64,000 nt of DNA from Ignavibacteriota bacterium (GTDB lineage Bacteria; Bacteroidota; Ignavibacteria; UBA10030; CAVZMI01): the NCBI GenBank assembly GCA_963776275.1, contig CAVZMI010000021.1:32001-96000 (forward strand), in the 5' to 3' direction. Below the pieces are notes generated by a model. The model had not been told where the DNA came from. It saw nothing but the letters and a program-made list of their open reading frames with translations, and ran no database searches. The first letter of the stretch is position 1, and every line of letters begins with the position of its first letter. Position numbers and translations under genes: made by a program. Positions 62,603 to 64,000 of this stretch are shown piece after piece.

Positions 62603-64000
62603 ATGTTTAGGCTTCGTCTCTCTCATAAAATTCTTACAGGATTTGTATTTCTTACAATCTTCTTCATTGTAAGAACTTTGATCGTTTCATCAAAGATAGA
62701 AGAGATCGTCAAGAAATCCAGCGGACTGGTTGAAGAAGGATACCAGACTTCCTCGCAGATTAGCAATCTAAATTCCGCAATTGACATTATGGAATCCAGC
62801 CTTAAGGGATTCCATGATACCGGAAAAGAATTGTTACTTGAATCGTACCGGGATGCACAAAACCGTTTTAAAGTAACCTCATATCGACTTCGCGAAGCAG
62901 TCTCGTACTCTCCAGAGTTGCTTCGTGATGTTGATAGTCTCATCACATTGAAAAACACTCTGGATCTTTCGATCACACGGAACAGAATATTCCGGCAATT
63001 GAAAGGCAGGTCGTCGAGCATTCACGAGGTTCACGATCGGAATGCTGAATATACTGCGCTATTCGATCGCATGCGTTCTGAATGCCGAATAATCGATAAC
63101 CTTCGTCGACAACAGAACACGGAGCGGATTCAAATGGTGGGTGGGCTGCATGCAAAAATGCTGGCTTTTCTGACGTTCATTGATATTCTCATTATCTTCC
63201 TTTTTCTCGTACTTGGAATTATTCTAGTGCGAGCCATGGTCGCACGCCTCCGTAACATTCAACAGGGTACAGAGACTATCGTTGACGGAACGTTCGAGAC
63301 AATTCCGGTTACAAGCCGTGATGAGATTGGTGAACTCACAGAGCATTTCAATACGATGGGTTCATTGTTGAAGCAGCGCAAGGACGAAGTGAATTTCAGG
63401 ATAGCACAGATCCGCGAAAAGGAGGAGGCCCTTTTTCAGGTTAATCGTGAGCTTCGACGCCGCAATTTTTATATCTCCACAATGCTCGACGGCCTCTGGG
63501 TTATCGATTCGAATTATGTTACAATCGATGTAAATGAAGCTATGTGTGCTATGGTGGGAGTTTCCCGTGAAAGTCTCATCGGAAAATCGGCGTATGATTT
63601 TTTCCCTCCCGAGCATCAGGAGAAACTTAAACAGAAAATTTCCACTCACGACAGCATTCAAAGCAGCGTGTATGAAACCGAAATGTTCAGAAGCGATGGG
63701 ACTAGATTTGTTGCTCTGATCAGTGGGGCACCCGTCATCGAAAAGGGCGTTGTGGTCGCACAGGTGGCACTGGTTAAAGATATCACCACCATCAAACGCG
63801 CCGAAGAACAGATTGCTGTATTTGAACACACCATCCGCAGCGCAAGCGATGCGATTACATTGCTGGATGTTTCGGGAAAAATCACATTTTTAAACGATGC
63901 GGCCGTCAGACTTTTCGGTTTTTCCCGTGAGGAACTTATCGGCAAACCGGTCACCCGACTTGTTTCTTCTCAGAATCGACCGGGTATCGCGCGTGAAATC
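62603..64000 (+). CDS. Membrane sensor protein (2TM-HAMP-PAS-PAS), runs off window
   Basis: Read manually, frame spot-checked: MFRLRLSHKIL.., HAMP SRDEIGELTEHFNTM, PAS VNEAMC..GVSRESLIGK and LNDAAVRLFGFSREELIGK. Confidence 0.85.
   Translation, partial: MFRLRLSHKILTGFVFLTIFFIVRTLIVSSKIEEIVKKSSGLVEEGYQTSSQISNLNSAIDIMESSLKGFHDTGKELLLESYRDAQNRFKVTSYRLREAVSYSPELLRDVDSLITLKNTLDLSITRNRIFRQLKGRSSSIHEVHDRNAEYTALFDRMRSECRIIDNLRRQQNTERIQMVGGLHAKMLAFLTFIDILIIFLFLVLGIILVRAMVARLRNIQQGTETIVDGTFETIPVTSRDEIGELTEHFNTMGSLLKQRKDEVNFRIAQIREKEEALFQVNRELRRRNFYISTMLDGLWVIDSNYVTIDVNEAMCAMVGVSRESLIGKSAYDFFPPEHQEKLKQKISTHDSIQSSVYETEMFRSDGTRFVALISGAPVIEKGVVVAQVALVKDITTIKRAEEQIAVFEHTIRSASDAITLLDVSGKITFLNDAAVRLFGFSREELIGKPVTRLVSSQNRPGIAREI

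Overview
Chromosomal segment of a Bacteroidota/Chlorobi-group-like bacterium (inferred from a T9SS-type C-terminal domain and overall gene content; Ignavibacteria-like). Left to right: TetR-regulated HlyD/ABC/TolC efflux operon; orphan TPR membrane protein; two histidine kinases plus a conserved Cys-containing hypothetical; an HTH-less LacI-type protein; an arsenic/thiol-redox island (arsR-arsM-arsN2-arsC-acr3 plus trx-arsP-trx-trx-ccdA); an ~18 kb chemosensory/regulatory cluster (FlgM-like, REC-PAS kinase, sigma54 activator, MCP, cheW, HEAT protein, cheR, cheY x2, cheZ-like, cheA, cheB, fliA, HDOD, GAF kinase, csrA, REC-Hpt) with no flagellar structural genes in view; two sodium:solute symporters; ligA, rodZ-like, tRNA-Pro(GGG), merR-family, acpS, aroQ; a sigma54 activator followed by an ECF sigma; sdhCDAB; trmH; a GHL10-FN3 hydrolase; hutH; and a truncated PAS sensor. 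Six genes carry small frameshifts, most likely sequencing indels. The most unusual signal is at 43183-43840. There the intact tRNA-Pro lies inside the anticodon loop of a second, split tRNA-Pro whose stems are preserved (with one compensatory base pair) and whose D- and T-loops carry hairpin inserts.
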